A stretch of DNA of 64,000 bases, from the NCBI GenBank assembly GCA_026391355.1, contig JAPLDH010000045.1, forward strand, positions 41,620 through 105,619. The letters are read 5' to 3'. Source of the DNA: Bacteroidota bacterium (GTDB taxonomy: Bacteria; Bacteroidota; Bacteroidia; Bacteroidales; FEN-979). Under the pieces are notes generated by a model that was not told the DNA's origin, ran no database searches, and saw only the letters and a list, made by a program, of their open reading frames with translations. The translations under genes and the position numbers were made by a program. This document shows, piece by piece, positions 10,251 through 19,646 of the stretch; positions within the stretch are counted from its first letter, which is position 1, and the number at the start of each line of letters is the position of its first letter.

Positions 10251-11573
10251 TTAATTATTTATTATTTCAAGGTTTCTGGCCCACAATAACCGGTCTTCGC
10301 ATGAGTATTGCCAAGGTGCTCCATTATTTTCAATATTGTTGAACATGGTTTTCAATTTGCCCGGAGCCGACCCTTCCTCCATCACCAGGTACCTCCTCAT
10401 GTCTATAATGATCGTTGGGTGGTTGATGTTGATAGGACATTCCTGTGCGCAGGCATTACAGGTTGTACATGCCCATAATTCCTCTTCCCGGATATAGTTG
10501 CGAAGTAATGATTTATCATCATTATAACCTTTCCCATGTTGAACAAGCCGGGGTCCCTTTTCTTTCATCCGGGACCTGATATCCATTACAATCTTACGAG
10601 GTGAAAGCCTTTTCCCAGTGAGGTTAGCAGGACAGACCGAAGTACACCTGCCGCATTCAGTGCAGGCCAATGCATCAAGGTAATTTTTCCACGAAACATC
10701 TTCAACATCTTTGATCCCAAATCTTTCGACGGGTGCAATCTCAGCTGAAGCAGAAAAGGTGGAATTGGGATTCAGCATCTGCCTGACTTCATAAGTAACG
10801 TTCTCCATATTTGGTAACTTTCCTAATGGATCTAACCTTGACAGGAATACATTGGGAACTGACATAAAAACATGAAAATGTTTGGAATATGGAAGTACAT
10901 TGGCAAAGATGAATATCAGGAGGATGTGCACCCACCAGAAAACCTGGCATAAAACGATGAGGGTATCGACAGAAACATTCGATAATACAGGAGCAACAAG
11001 TTGACTTAGTGGATAATAACCAGCAATATTTTCATTCTTGAGTAGTTTATACTCGTAATATACAGAATTGATCCCGATTAGTGACACCATCAGCAATAAG
11101 ATAAGCATCAATGCTATGATCGCATCGATTTGATGGGAGACTGATTTCATTTCGACTCCATCAAACCGTTTGATATGAAGGAATAACCGGCGGGTCAGGA
11201 AGATCACAATTGAAAATGCAACGAGAAATCCAAAAATATCACCGGACGCTATTATAAAATTATAAACAGGCCCCAGAAATTTCAATGCATGGTCGCTCCC
11301 GGTGAGCCCATCGGTTATCATCTCAATACTGCCGATTATGATTACACAAAATCCCCAGAATACAAGAGCATGAATAAAACCGATTACAGGTTTTCTGAAG
11401 ATCTTGGTCTGTCCGAAAGCCACCTCAAACATTACCTTCAACCGTTTACCAGGATTTCTTACAGGGAAAGCCTTTTTAGTAAGTTTGAAAAAGCTGATCA
11501 GTCGAACAATGGTAAATGAGAAAACAACAAGTGTTATAAGGAAAGTAGTTGCAAAGATTATTTGTCTGGTCAT
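10251..11573 (-). CDS. integral-membrane protein with C-terminal 2x[4Fe-4S] ferredoxin domain (DsrM/NarI-like plus HdrC-like)
   Basis: About five predicted TM helices carry conserved His residues (FIHALVFWG, WWVHILL, SKHFHV). They are followed by CTECGRCTSVCP and CTTCNACAQECP cluster motifs. Confidence 0.8.
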   Translation of the reverse strand: MTRQIIFATTFLITLVVFSFTIVRLISFFKLTKKAFPVRNPGKRLKVMFEVAFGQTKIFRKPVIGFIHALVFWGFCVIIIGSIEMITDGLTGSDHALKFLGPVYNFIIASGDIFGFLVAFSIVIFLTRRLFLHIKRFDGVEMKSVSHQIDAIIALMLILLLMVSLIGINSVYYEYKLLKNENIAGYYPLSQLVAPVLSNVSVDTLIVLCQVFWWVHILLIFIFANVLPYSKHFHVFMSVPNVFLSRLDPLGKLPNMENVTYEVRQMLNPNSTFSASAEIAPVERFGIKDVEDVSWKNYLDALACTECGRCTSVCPANLTGKRLSPRKIVMDIRSRMKEKGPRLVQHGKGYNDDKSLLRNYIREEELWACTTCNACAQECPININHPTIIIDMRRYLVMEEGSAPGKLKTMFNNIENNGAPWQYSCEDRLLWARNLEIINN

Positions 11574-11646
11574 AAAAAATTAATCGTAAATGAAATTTGC
11601 CGTTAATCGACAACAGGAAATAAGAAATCACGATACGGGATCGCCA

Positions 11647-12618
11647 TTATTTATTTTTAATCTCCTTAACGGCTTCGACAAGTCGGGGCAGTACTTTCAT
11701 GGCATCGCCAACAATTCCATATCGTGCTACTTCAAAAACAGGTGCATCTTTATCTATATTTATTGCAACTATACATTTTGAAGAGCTGACACCGGCAATA
11801 TGTTGCGTTGAACCGGAGATCCCGATAGCAAAATAAAGATTGGGTGCAATGATCTTGCCGGTTTGTCCGGTATGTTCCTCGTGGGGTCTCCACCCTTCAT
11901 CGGATACAGGACGTGTACATGCTGTAGCGGCTCCCAGCAGATCTGCCAGTTCAATCAATGGAGCCCAATTGTCGGGTGATTTCATTCCCCTTCCACCGGA
12001 GACAACGATGTCGGCATCGGTAAGTAATATTTTCCCTGTCAGCTTCTGAACTTCCTTCACTTGTGTTTTTAATAAGGTTGCATCAATCTGAAATGGGAGG
12101 TTTTCTATTGTCGCATGGTTTTCGGATTCGATCAATTCAAATGAGTTCTGGGCAAGGGTAAGGATTTTAATGTCAGTATTGATCCTGATGTTTGCAAAGG
12201 CATTTCCGGAATGGACTTTCTTGAAAACAATAAATGGATCAATGCTGTCGGGAAGTTTACTGACGCAGGAGGCAGCACCCGCTTTAAGTTTCACCGATAA
12301 CCGCGGTGCAATGGCTTTTCCTGTATTGTTGCAGGCAAGAATGATGACCTTTGCATCTTCTTTTTTTACTATTTGTGCGATTACCGATGAGTATACCTGA
12401 TTATCCAGGATATTCAGTAAATTATCAGACACATTTATTACCTTCCCAGCACCATATTTTCCAAGTCTTTCAAGTTCAGTTTTCTCAACATTCCCAATAG
12501 AAAGTGCAATGGAGAAGGTGCCCAGTTTCTCAGCAAGTTTTGAGGCATAGGAAACAATTTCAAATGAAAGTTTCTTGAATTTCCCATCCCAATTTTCCGT
12601 AAAAACGAGTACTGACAT
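11647..12618 (-). CDS. etfA: electron transfer flavoprotein subunit alpha
   Basis: The C-terminal FAD-binding region is typical of EtfA: VVSGGRGM, ELADLLGAA..TRP, GQTGK.IAP.LY.A.GISG..QH..G. Confidence 0.9.
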   Translation of the reverse strand: MSVLVFTENWDGKFKKLSFEIVSYASKLAEKLGTFSIALSIGNVEKTELERLGKYGAGKVINVSDNLLNILDNQVYSSVIAQIVKKEDAKVIILACNNTGKAIAPRLSVKLKAGAASCVSKLPDSIDPFIVFKKVHSGNAFANIRINTDIKILTLAQNSFELIESENHATIENLPFQIDATLLKTQVKEVQKLTGKILLTDADIVVSGGRGMKSPDNWAPLIELADLLGAATACTRPVSDEGWRPHEEHTGQTGKIIAPNLYFAIGISGSTQHIAGVSSSKCIVAINIDKDAPVFEVARYGIVGDAMKVLPRLVEAVKEIKNK

Positions 12619-12654
12619 ATTATATTTTTATTGAATTTAAAAAATGACTGAATA

Positions 12655-13404
12655 CTAAATTACTTTTGCTTCATTCTGAAGCAGTTCCACCAGCAGTTTC
12701 GGGTTCTCCGGGTCAATGAACTTACAGGTAGGATGTGGTTTTGGCATTTCAAAATTTACCACTTCTGTAAACAGATCCAAGGTAATGGGTTCAGAGACTT
12801 TGATTGGTTTTGTCCGGGCGGTCATGATTCCCCGCATGGAAGCAATTCGTGGCTCCCTGGCAATACCTTTCTGGACTATGGCAACGAAAGGTACGGGAAT
12901 AGTAACGACCTCTTTTCCACCATCAATTTCCCGGTTAATAATAACCTGACCATTTTCAATCCTCAATTCGGAAACTGCAGACACTGAAGGGTATTCCAGG
13001 TATTCTGCCAGCATTCCTCCGACATTTGATCCATTATAGTCGCTTGATTCAATTCCGCATAAAATGATATCATATGGATTTGCTTTTATCACCTCTGCCA
13101 ACTGGGCAGCGACAAAATTTGCATCTGATGGCTCGGTATTTATTCTGATGGCATCGTCGGCACCAATGGCCAATCCTTTCCTGATGGTTGGTTCAGTTGT
13201 GATTAATCCTACATGGGCTATGGTAACACATTGTATTCCATTCGAGGGATTATCCTTCAGTTCAAGTGCCCTGGTCAGGGATAGTTCATCCCAGGGATTG
13301 ATGATCCATTGAATGCCCGTAGTATCGAGTCGTTTAAAATCATCAACAAATTTGACTTTGGTGGTCGTATCCGGGACATTACTGATACAGACTAGTATTT
13401 TCAT
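12655..13404 (-). CDS. etfB: electron transfer flavoprotein subunit beta
   Basis: MKILVCISNVPDTTTKV, INPWDELSLTRALELKD and ILCGIESSDYNGSNVGGMLAEYL are typical of EtfB. It sits directly upstream of etfA. Confidence 0.9.
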   Translation of the reverse strand: MKILVCISNVPDTTTKVKFVDDFKRLDTTGIQWIINPWDELSLTRALELKDNPSNGIQCVTIAHVGLITTEPTIRKGLAIGADDAIRINTEPSDANFVAAQLAEVIKANPYDIILCGIESSDYNGSNVGGMLAEYLEYPSVSAVSELRIENGQVIINREIDGGKEVVTIPVPFVAIVQKGIAREPRIASMRGIMTARTKPIKVSEPITLDLFTEVVNFEMPKPHPTCKFIDPENPKLLVELLQNEAKVI

Positions 13405-13515
13405 TATAATTGGTTAATTAATTAATATTGAGAGTATTTGAATGTATTTCTTCAATGATTCCAATTTTTATCGGCGTGCAAATATATGCAAAATAGGGAA
13501 AGTAGCGAATGTAAA

Positions 13516-14346
13516 TTATTCCTCTTCATCAAGGCATTTATTGTATTGAGTCATTGCTTTCAGGCTCATACCCATGCTGGAGAACCCACCGTCGTGATAA
13601 ATGTTTTGCATGGTAATTTTCCGGGTCAGGTCAGAAAAAAGAGTAATGCAGAAATCTGCACACTCATCAGCGGATGCATTGCCCAGAGGTGACATTCTTT
13701 CTGTAAAATCCAGTAAGCCCTGGATCCCTTTCACTCCGCTTCCGGCCGTGGTTTTAGTCGGAGATTGTGAGACAGTATTGACCCGGACTTTCTTCTCCTT
13801 CCCATAGATATATCCGAAACTCCGGGCAATGGATTCAAGCAAAGCTTTGGCATCAGCCATATCATTATAACCATGAAGCGTTCTTTTAGAAGCAATATAA
13901 GAAAGCGCGACAACTGAACCCCATTCATTGATGGCATCGAGTTTCTTTGCTGACTGAAGTAATTTATGAAAGGAAAGCGCTGATATATCTATTGTTTTGG
14001 TAAAAAAGTCATAATCAACATCGTCATAATCCCTGTTTTTCCTGACATTGTATGACATAGCTACAGAGTGAAGGATAAAATCTATCTTTCCACCCAATAT
14101 CTCCATTGAATTGTTCAATAAATTCTCAAGGTCATTGATATTGGTGGTATCAGCAGGTATCAAACTTGAATTTGTTATTTTGCAAAGATTCTCTGTTTCC
14201 CCTAAACGTATGGATGAAGGGAGATTGGTTAATGTGAAGTTAGCTCCTTCATCATGTGCCTTTAGTGCAATTCTCCATGCGATGGATTTCTCGTTCAAAG
14301 CACCGAAGATAATTCCTTTTTTCCCCTTAAGCAAATTATATGTCAT
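13516..14346 (-). CDS. fabI: enoyl-[acyl-carrier-protein] reductase (NADH), FabI
   Basis: LKGKKGIIFGALNEKSIAWRIA nucleotide-binding N-terminus, SIAMSY... and the Y-x6-K region (YNDMADAKALLES). The track ORF starts at a TTG (14382) that overlaps the recN stop. The ATG at 14346 (MTYNLLKGKKG...) matches FabI N-termini better. Confidence 0.85.
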   Translation of the reverse strand: MTYNLLKGKKGIIFGALNEKSIAWRIALKAHDEGANFTLTNLPSSIRLGETENLCKITNSSLIPADTTNINDLENLLNNSMEILGGKIDFILHSVAMSYNVRKNRDYDDVDYDFFTKTIDISALSFHKLLQSAKKLDAINEWGSVVALSYIASKRTLHGYNDMADAKALLESIARSFGYIYGKEKKVRVNTVSQSPTKTTAGSGVKGIQGLLDFTERMSPLGNASADECADFCITLFSDLTRKITMQNIYHDGGFSSMGMSLKAMTQYNKCLDEEE

Positions 14347-14378
14347 ATTATTCAATGATAGGTAATTATGATTATAAA

Positions 14379-16043
14379 TCAATAACCCAGCAGTTCATTT
14401 GCAGTTTTATTTGCTGATTCTGTCACTTTTTCATCACTTAGCATTTTGGCAATCTCATGAATTCTTTCCTGTTTTGTAAGTAATTTGATTTGTGACCTGG
14501 TTGTACCGTCACCTGTTGATTTATAAACCCAATAATGGGAATGACCTTTTCCAGCAATCTGAGGCAAGTGGGTAATTACAATCACCTGCATATCCTCAGA
14601 CATTTTCTGAAGAATTGACCCAACCTTTCCTGCTATTTCTCCTGAAACGCCACTGTCAATTTCATCAAAAATAATTGTCGGAAGCAAATTTTTTTGCGAA
14701 ATCAATGATTTGATACTAAGCATAAGCCTCGACAACTCTCCCCCGGAAGCAATCTTAGAAATCTCATTAAGCTCTGATCCTGGATTTGAACTGAACAAGA
14801 ACCTGACTTTATCAATGCCATCCTTGTAAGGAAGCCCGGTAATGGAATGCTCGATTTGCAACCGGGCATCCGGCATTCCTAGTTTAATGAGCAGGTCAAT
14901 GATACTCTTTTCAATGCCAGGTATGGCTTTTTTACGTTTTTGTGAGACCCGGGAAGCAAGAAGAAGCAATTGTTCGAATGTTTGCTGAACCAGGACTTTT
15001 TGATTATCTATCCGTTCATCAAGATCACCAACAGCAATAAGCTTGCCTTCCATTTCTTGTTTTATCCTTGTAACATCTCCAATCGAAGAAACAGAATGTT
15101 TTTTTTCAAGCCTGTAGATCAGGTCAAGACGGTTTGTCAGATTCTCTGCTTCTTCCTGATCAAAAACGATATGATCATTTAATCGTGAGATTTCATCATT
15201 GATATCCTTCAGGTCAATCTGGTTACTCTTCAGCCTGTCGGCAATGCTGGATATTTCTTTATTAAAATGAGATAGATTTTGGAGAATGGTAAGCAAATCA
15301 GATAGTTGGTTAAGAATAGATGATTCGCCTCCCGAAAGTATTTGTGATCCTTTATAAAGATTCGTTTTAATTTCTTCAGAATGAGAAAGAATGGCAAGCC
15401 TGTCTTCGGTATCCTCCTGTTCGCCTGGCTGAAGGTTTGCGACCTCCAGTTCATCAAACAGAAACTGAAAATAATCTTTCTCATTTTTCGATTTAACCTG
15501 TAAAGCAATGAGTTCCTCCAGTTCAGCTTTTAACTGACCATATCTTGCATAAAGGGCATGGTAGTTTTTAATATCCGGGAGGTTACCTGAGTAATTATCA
15601 AGCGCTGCCAGTTGGAAATTTGTATCATTAAGGATATTAATTGAATTTTGGGAATGAACATTGACCAGTTTATCACCCAATTCTTTCATCAGTGGCAGAT
15701 GAACGGGAGTATCGTTGATAAAGGCGCGGGATTTTCCTGTTTGACTGATCTCTCTTCGCAAGGTAATGGTATCATCGAAATCAAGTTCATTGGAGGAGAA
15801 AAAATCATCCAGGTGATAATCCCGGATTAGAAATGATCCTTCAACAATGCACTTTCTATATTTATCGGACAACACGGCAGTATCTGCCCGCTGACCCAGG
15901 ATAAGAGATAAAGCTCCAAGAAGGATCGATTTTCCGGCTCCAGTTTCTCCTGTAATCACGGAAAAGCCTTCATGAAATTCGATCTCCAACAGATCGATTA
16001 ATGCATAGTTTTCTATATAAAGTTTTTCGAGCATTTTTTCCAA
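14379..16043 (-). CDS. recN: DNA repair protein RecN
   Basis: N-terminal Walker A (ITGETGAGKSILLGAL), a long coiled-coil middle, and C-terminal SGGELSRLMLSIK signature plus Walker B (IIFDEIDSGVSG). Confidence 0.95.
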   Translation of the reverse strand: MEKMLEKLYIENYALIDLLEIEFHEGFSVITGETGAGKSILLGALSLILGQRADTAVLSDKYRKCIVEGSFLIRDYHLDDFFSSNELDFDDTITLRREISQTGKSRAFINDTPVHLPLMKELGDKLVNVHSQNSINILNDTNFQLAALDNYSGNLPDIKNYHALYARYGQLKAELEELIALQVKSKNEKDYFQFLFDELEVANLQPGEQEDTEDRLAILSHSEEIKTNLYKGSQILSGGESSILNQLSDLLTILQNLSHFNKEISSIADRLKSNQIDLKDINDEISRLNDHIVFDQEEAENLTNRLDLIYRLEKKHSVSSIGDVTRIKQEMEGKLIAVGDLDERIDNQKVLVQQTFEQLLLLASRVSQKRKKAIPGIEKSIIDLLIKLGMPDARLQIEHSITGLPYKDGIDKVRFLFSSNPGSELNEISKIASGGELSRLMLSIKSLISQKNLLPTIIFDEIDSGVSGEIAGKVGSILQKMSEDMQVIVITHLPQIAGKGHSHYWVYKSTGDGTTRSQIKLLTKQERIHEIAKMLSDEKVTESANKTANELLGY

Positions 16044-16081
16044 TGAAAGATGAGTGACCCTCTGGTTTTATTTCGGGTGAA

Positions 16082-16993
16082 TCATTTCGCAAGTATTGCC
16101 TGGTATTTTGAACTGTTTGCAGGGTCGATTTCCTTGAGTAGGTTGGTCACAGATGTTTTCTCCAATGGAGGCACTTTCTGGTCAGAATAGATATTGACAA
16201 ATTCATCTCTTTTTGCATCCAATATAATTATCAATGCATAGAGATCTGGTTTCGCATTGTAAAGTTTTCTGAGGAGTTCGAGACTTTCAGTGATGTTTCC
16301 CCTTCCTGCCTCCAGCTTTTCATACATCTGGTCCAGTCCAAGCCGGTGGAATTTGTACAAAAAATCATGCAGATCATTGTTTGCAGGATTCATCATATTT
16401 TCAGCAAGCCAATAACGGTTCCGGGTACCTTCATATCCTTTCCACCCTGGTTCAGTTGCATTCTGGGCGGCACTGACAATAGTCTGTGCTTTTTCAAAAT
16501 ATGGCTTTCCTCCTTCCGGGGAAAATGAATCAAATTCAAATCCGAGTGCGATATAAATATAAAATGCAATTACAGAGGTAAAGTTTGAATTAAAAGTATT
16601 TTCCGAAAAATCCATTGTTTGCATTTCAACGAAACGAAATTGAAATTCTTTTTCATTAATGTTAAGCAATGGACTATTGTAAGCGGTATTTATTACAGGA
16701 CGCCTCAGAACAACATTGAGTGAACCTCGGAATTCATCAGAACCCAGCCTGTCGTTGATGGTTAGCAGAATAGTACAATCCAGACGTTCTTCATATTTGA
16801 TATTGTAATTTGTCCATTTCCGGTTGTTGATAAAATCGTATAAAACCTTCTGCATGGATTCAAAAACCCTTCTGTCAGTTCCCTGCAATTTTGATGATGA
16901 AACACTGATATTGCAGTTGAACTCCTGTGGCATTGCCTGAAAGGCCAGAAGGAAAAATGAAATGATAATAAAAACTTTCTTCATATGATTCAA
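16082..16993 (-). CDS. DUF4835-family secreted protein (possibly the family RefSeq now labels T9SS PorD; unverified recollection)
   Basis: It has a signal peptide and sits in the conserved Bacteroidota position between coaBC and recN. The family assignment is from memory of this synteny and the sequence style, not from a search. Confidence 0.5.
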   Translation of the reverse strand: MNHMKKVFIIISFFLLAFQAMPQEFNCNISVSSSKLQGTDRRVFESMQKVLYDFINNRKWTNYNIKYEERLDCTILLTINDRLGSDEFRGSLNVVLRRPVINTAYNSPLLNINEKEFQFRFVEMQTMDFSENTFNSNFTSVIAFYIYIALGFEFDSFSPEGGKPYFEKAQTIVSAAQNATEPGWKGYEGTRNRYWLAENMMNPANNDLHDFLYKFHRLGLDQMYEKLEAGRGNITESLELLRKLYNAKPDLYALIIILDAKRDEFVNIYSDQKVPPLEKTSVTNLLKEIDPANSSKYQAILAK

Positions 16994-17013
16994 TATGAAT
17001 TCATTAGATACTA

Positions 17014-18210
17014 TTAACTTTTTGACAGGATGGCATTAATAATATCTTTGGCCACATCTTTTTTATCCTTAAGTACTCCATTGATGATCCTGCCTGATTT
17101 ATGAATGATTGTCACTTTATTTGTCGGGTAACCGAATCCCGCATTTTCATCATTTAATGAATTCAGAATGATAAAGTCGAGGTTTTTATTTTTCAACTTT
17201 TCTTTAGCATTGATCAGCTCATTGTCACATTCAAGGGCAAAACCTGCAAGGATCTGCTTCTTCCTTTTCCTTTGGCTAAGTTCACTCAGAATGTCCTTGG
17301 TGGGGATAAGATCCAGGGAGATTTTGTTGCCTGTTTTTTTTAATTTACCTGCAAATGGATCAGGAAAAGTAAAATCAGCTACTGCAGCGCTCATAATGAT
17401 GATATCCATATCAGGGGAAACGGCCATACAAGCCTTATACATTTCCTCTGCTGTAACGACATCTACTTTGATTATGGCAGGGTTGACGAAAGAATGCTGC
17501 GACGGTCCTGCTATCAGGGTGACTTTTGCCCCTCTTGCAGCAGCTTCATTGGCGAGACTGAATCCCATCAACCCCGTAGAATAGTTCCCGATAAACCGGA
17601 CTGCATCAATCTTCTCATGGGTTGGTCCTGCAGTAACCAATACATTTTTCCCGGCAAGATCGTTTTTTGTAGAAAAAAAGTCATGTATCTTCTGCAAGAT
17701 CATTTCCGGTTCTGCCATTCTTCCCGGTCCTGATAATCCGCTGGCCAGTTCACCAACCTGTGGTTCGATAATAAGGTTCCCGTTAGAAAGCAATGTTTCA
17801 ATATTTTTCTTTGTTGTGGGATGGTTATACATATCAAGGTCCATTGAAGGGGCAAGATATACAGGACATTTTGCCGACAAATAGCTTGTAACAAGAACGT
17901 TATCAGCAATGCCATGTGCCATTTTCCCAAGGGTATTGGCAGTTACCGGTGCAAAGATCATCAGATCAGCCCAGGTTCCAAGCTCAACATGGCTATTCCA
18001 TTCTCCTGTGGCTTCCTTGAATGGATCAACAATAACGGGATTTCTTGAAAGTGCTGATAAGGTAAGCGGAGTCACAAAGTTTGTCGCTGCAGGTGTCATG
18101 ATCACACGAATATCTACCCCCTCTTTAATCAGTAACCGGATTAAGAAAGGTATTTTGTATGAAGCTATACCCCCGGTTATCCCTATGACAATTCTTTTTC
18201 CTTTCAACAT
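17014..18210 (-). CDS. coaBC: bifunctional phosphopantothenoylcysteine decarboxylase / phosphopantothenate-cysteine ligase
   Basis: N-terminal flavoprotein domain (GKRIVIGITGGIASYK, PAMN-like APSMDLDMY). C-terminal CoaB domain (VTAGPTHEKIDAVRFIGNYSTG, MSAAVADF). Confidence 0.95.
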   Translation of the reverse strand: MLKGKRIVIGITGGIASYKIPFLIRLLIKEGVDIRVIMTPAATNFVTPLTLSALSRNPVIVDPFKEATGEWNSHVELGTWADLMIFAPVTANTLGKMAHGIADNVLVTSYLSAKCPVYLAPSMDLDMYNHPTTKKNIETLLSNGNLIIEPQVGELASGLSGPGRMAEPEMILQKIHDFFSTKNDLAGKNVLVTAGPTHEKIDAVRFIGNYSTGLMGFSLANEAAARGAKVTLIAGPSQHSFVNPAIIKVDVVTAEEMYKACMAVSPDMDIIIMSAAVADFTFPDPFAGKLKKTGNKISLDLIPTKDILSELSQRKRKKQILAGFALECDNELINAKEKLKNKNLDFIILNSLNDENAGFGYPTNKVTIIHKSGRIINGVLKDKKDVAKDIINAILSKS

Positions 18211-18227
18211 AATCCATTTCTCCGGGA

Positions 18228-18563
18228 TTAAAATTCTTCCGGATTTTCTTTATGCGGATTCCGGAAATATAATTCATTATAAACGTATTCGTGAATAGCT
18301 ATCAATGTAGGTTTTGGGAGATGTTCATAGTATTTTGCAATTTCTATTTGTTCACGATTCTCAAATACCTCTTCGAGATTATCACTGGTAGTAGCAAATT
18401 CAGAAATTTTCTGATTCAGCTCTTCCTTCATTTCCAATGAAATCTGATTTGCCCGTTTTGATATCACTGAAACGGTTTCATAAATATTCCCTGTTCCCTG
18501 CGTAAAATCTTCGATATTTCTGGTTACAGACACATTATCTGTCTTTACCTTTTTATAATCCAT
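18228..18563 (-). CDS. rpoZ: DNA-directed RNA polymerase subunit omega
   Basis: 111 aa with an NIYETVSVISKRANQI motif. It occupies the conserved Bacteroidota bamD-rpoZ-coaBC position. Confidence 0.7.
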   Translation of the reverse strand: MDYKKVKTDNVSVTRNIEDFTQGTGNIYETVSVISKRANQISLEMKEELNQKISEFATTSDNLEEVFENREQIEIAKYYEHLPKPTLIAIHEYVYNELYFRNPHKENPEEF

Positions 18564-18564
18564 G

Positions 18565-19404
18565 TTATTTCTTTTTGTTAATAATTGGCTTATTTAAACT
18601 TTCGATATTTTTCAGTATGTTAAGCTCTTTATCTGTCTTTTCTTTGAGGCTTTTTGCATCGGCCAGCAGATGACTTGCAGGATACTGTTGTACAAAATCG
18701 TTATAAGAAGAAATTACCTTGAGATACCTGTCCTTTTTTTTCTCTTCAATACTTTCTTTGGCATACTGTGAATAAGATTTCACGATGTAGAACATAATTT
18801 CTTCCTTGTGTGGTGAATCAGGGTAATCTTTCAGAATATTGTTGAACGAACGGATTGCTGCAGCAAAATCCTCCATTTTGTAGTACAATCGTGCAATATG
18901 GTAATCCTTGTATTCAAGCTTTTCCCTCAATTTATCGATCAGGTCATTACATTGCGGAACTTTTGAACTTGTGGGGTAGGTATTCACAAAAAGCTGAAGA
19001 TCTTTTATTGCATCATAGGAATTGGTCTGATCAAGACTGTAATCAGGAGAGTTCATATAGTTGCAATATGCGCTCATAAAGGAACACTCCTCAGCTTCCT
19101 TGGTATTTGGGAAGTTGGAGACATAACGTTTGAAATAATAGGAGGCCATCGTAAAATCTTTCTGACCATAGTAGCAATAGGAATAAAAATAATATATACG
19201 CTGTGCTTTATCTGTAGCTTTCATGACCGTCATCAACTGGTCAAAAAGCTGGAGTGCATGGGAATAATCTTTTTTTGTGTAATATTCAATGGCTTTAGCA
19301 TATTTTTTCTCCGCATCATCACTTTTTAAAAGATGCGAGAACTGGCAAGAAGTAATGATAAATACAAGCAGGACAAGGAGATAGAATTGGTGGCATTTTT
19401 TCAT
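18565..19404 (-). CDS. bamD: outer membrane protein assembly factor BamD (TPR lipoprotein)
   Basis: Lipobox (VFIITSC) and TPR repeats. It is conserved upstream of rpoZ. The track start at 19419 is a TTG, and the ATG at 19404 (MKKCHQF...) gives a normal signal peptide. Confidence 0.8.
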   Translation of the reverse strand: MKKCHQFYLLVLLVFIITSCQFSHLLKSDDAEKKYAKAIEYYTKKDYSHALQLFDQLMTVMKATDKAQRIYYFYSYCYYGQKDFTMASYYFKRYVSNFPNTKEAEECSFMSAYCNYMNSPDYSLDQTNSYDAIKDLQLFVNTYPTSSKVPQCNDLIDKLREKLEYKDYHIARLYYKMEDFAAAIRSFNNILKDYPDSPHKEEIMFYIVKSYSQYAKESIEEKKKDRYLKVISSYNDFVQQYPASHLLADAKSLKEKTDKELNILKNIESLNKPIINKKK

Positions 19405-19573
19405 GGTGCAAAAGTACAATTTTTAGACAACAAAGAATAATTTATTTGACATAAAGACATAGAAACCACATACAAAACAGGAAGAAACCTTGCGGGTGGT
19501 ATCATCGGTAAAACGGTATTTTTTAATGATTATTATGATCTCATAAGGCCTTCAAGAAAATAGACAATGGATT

Positions 19574-19603
19574 TTTGATATTCAGGGCGATTTGGTATTT
19601 TTG
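19574..19603 (+). promoter_or_regulatory. putative Bacteroidota sigma-A promoter (-33 TTTG / -7 TAnnTTTG)
   Basis: TTTG at 19574-19577 and TATTTTTG at 19596-19603, spaced 18 nt apart and 44 nt upstream of the GTG start at 19647. Confidence 0.35.
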
Positions 19604-19646
19604 CAGTTCTTAATATCATTCTCATTTAAAGCAAATATTATTTATC

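Noticed and set aside
9442-11573. Whether the two Fe-S genes are one gene split by a nonsense or frameshift mutation. The homologous protein is fused in some syntrophs.
   Set aside because: The upstream frame ends in a clean TAA, followed by an 11-nt spacer and an in-context ATG. All cluster-binding cysteine motifs in both parts are intact. As far as I recall, a two-gene arrangement is normal in Bacteroidota. They are treated as two functional genes.
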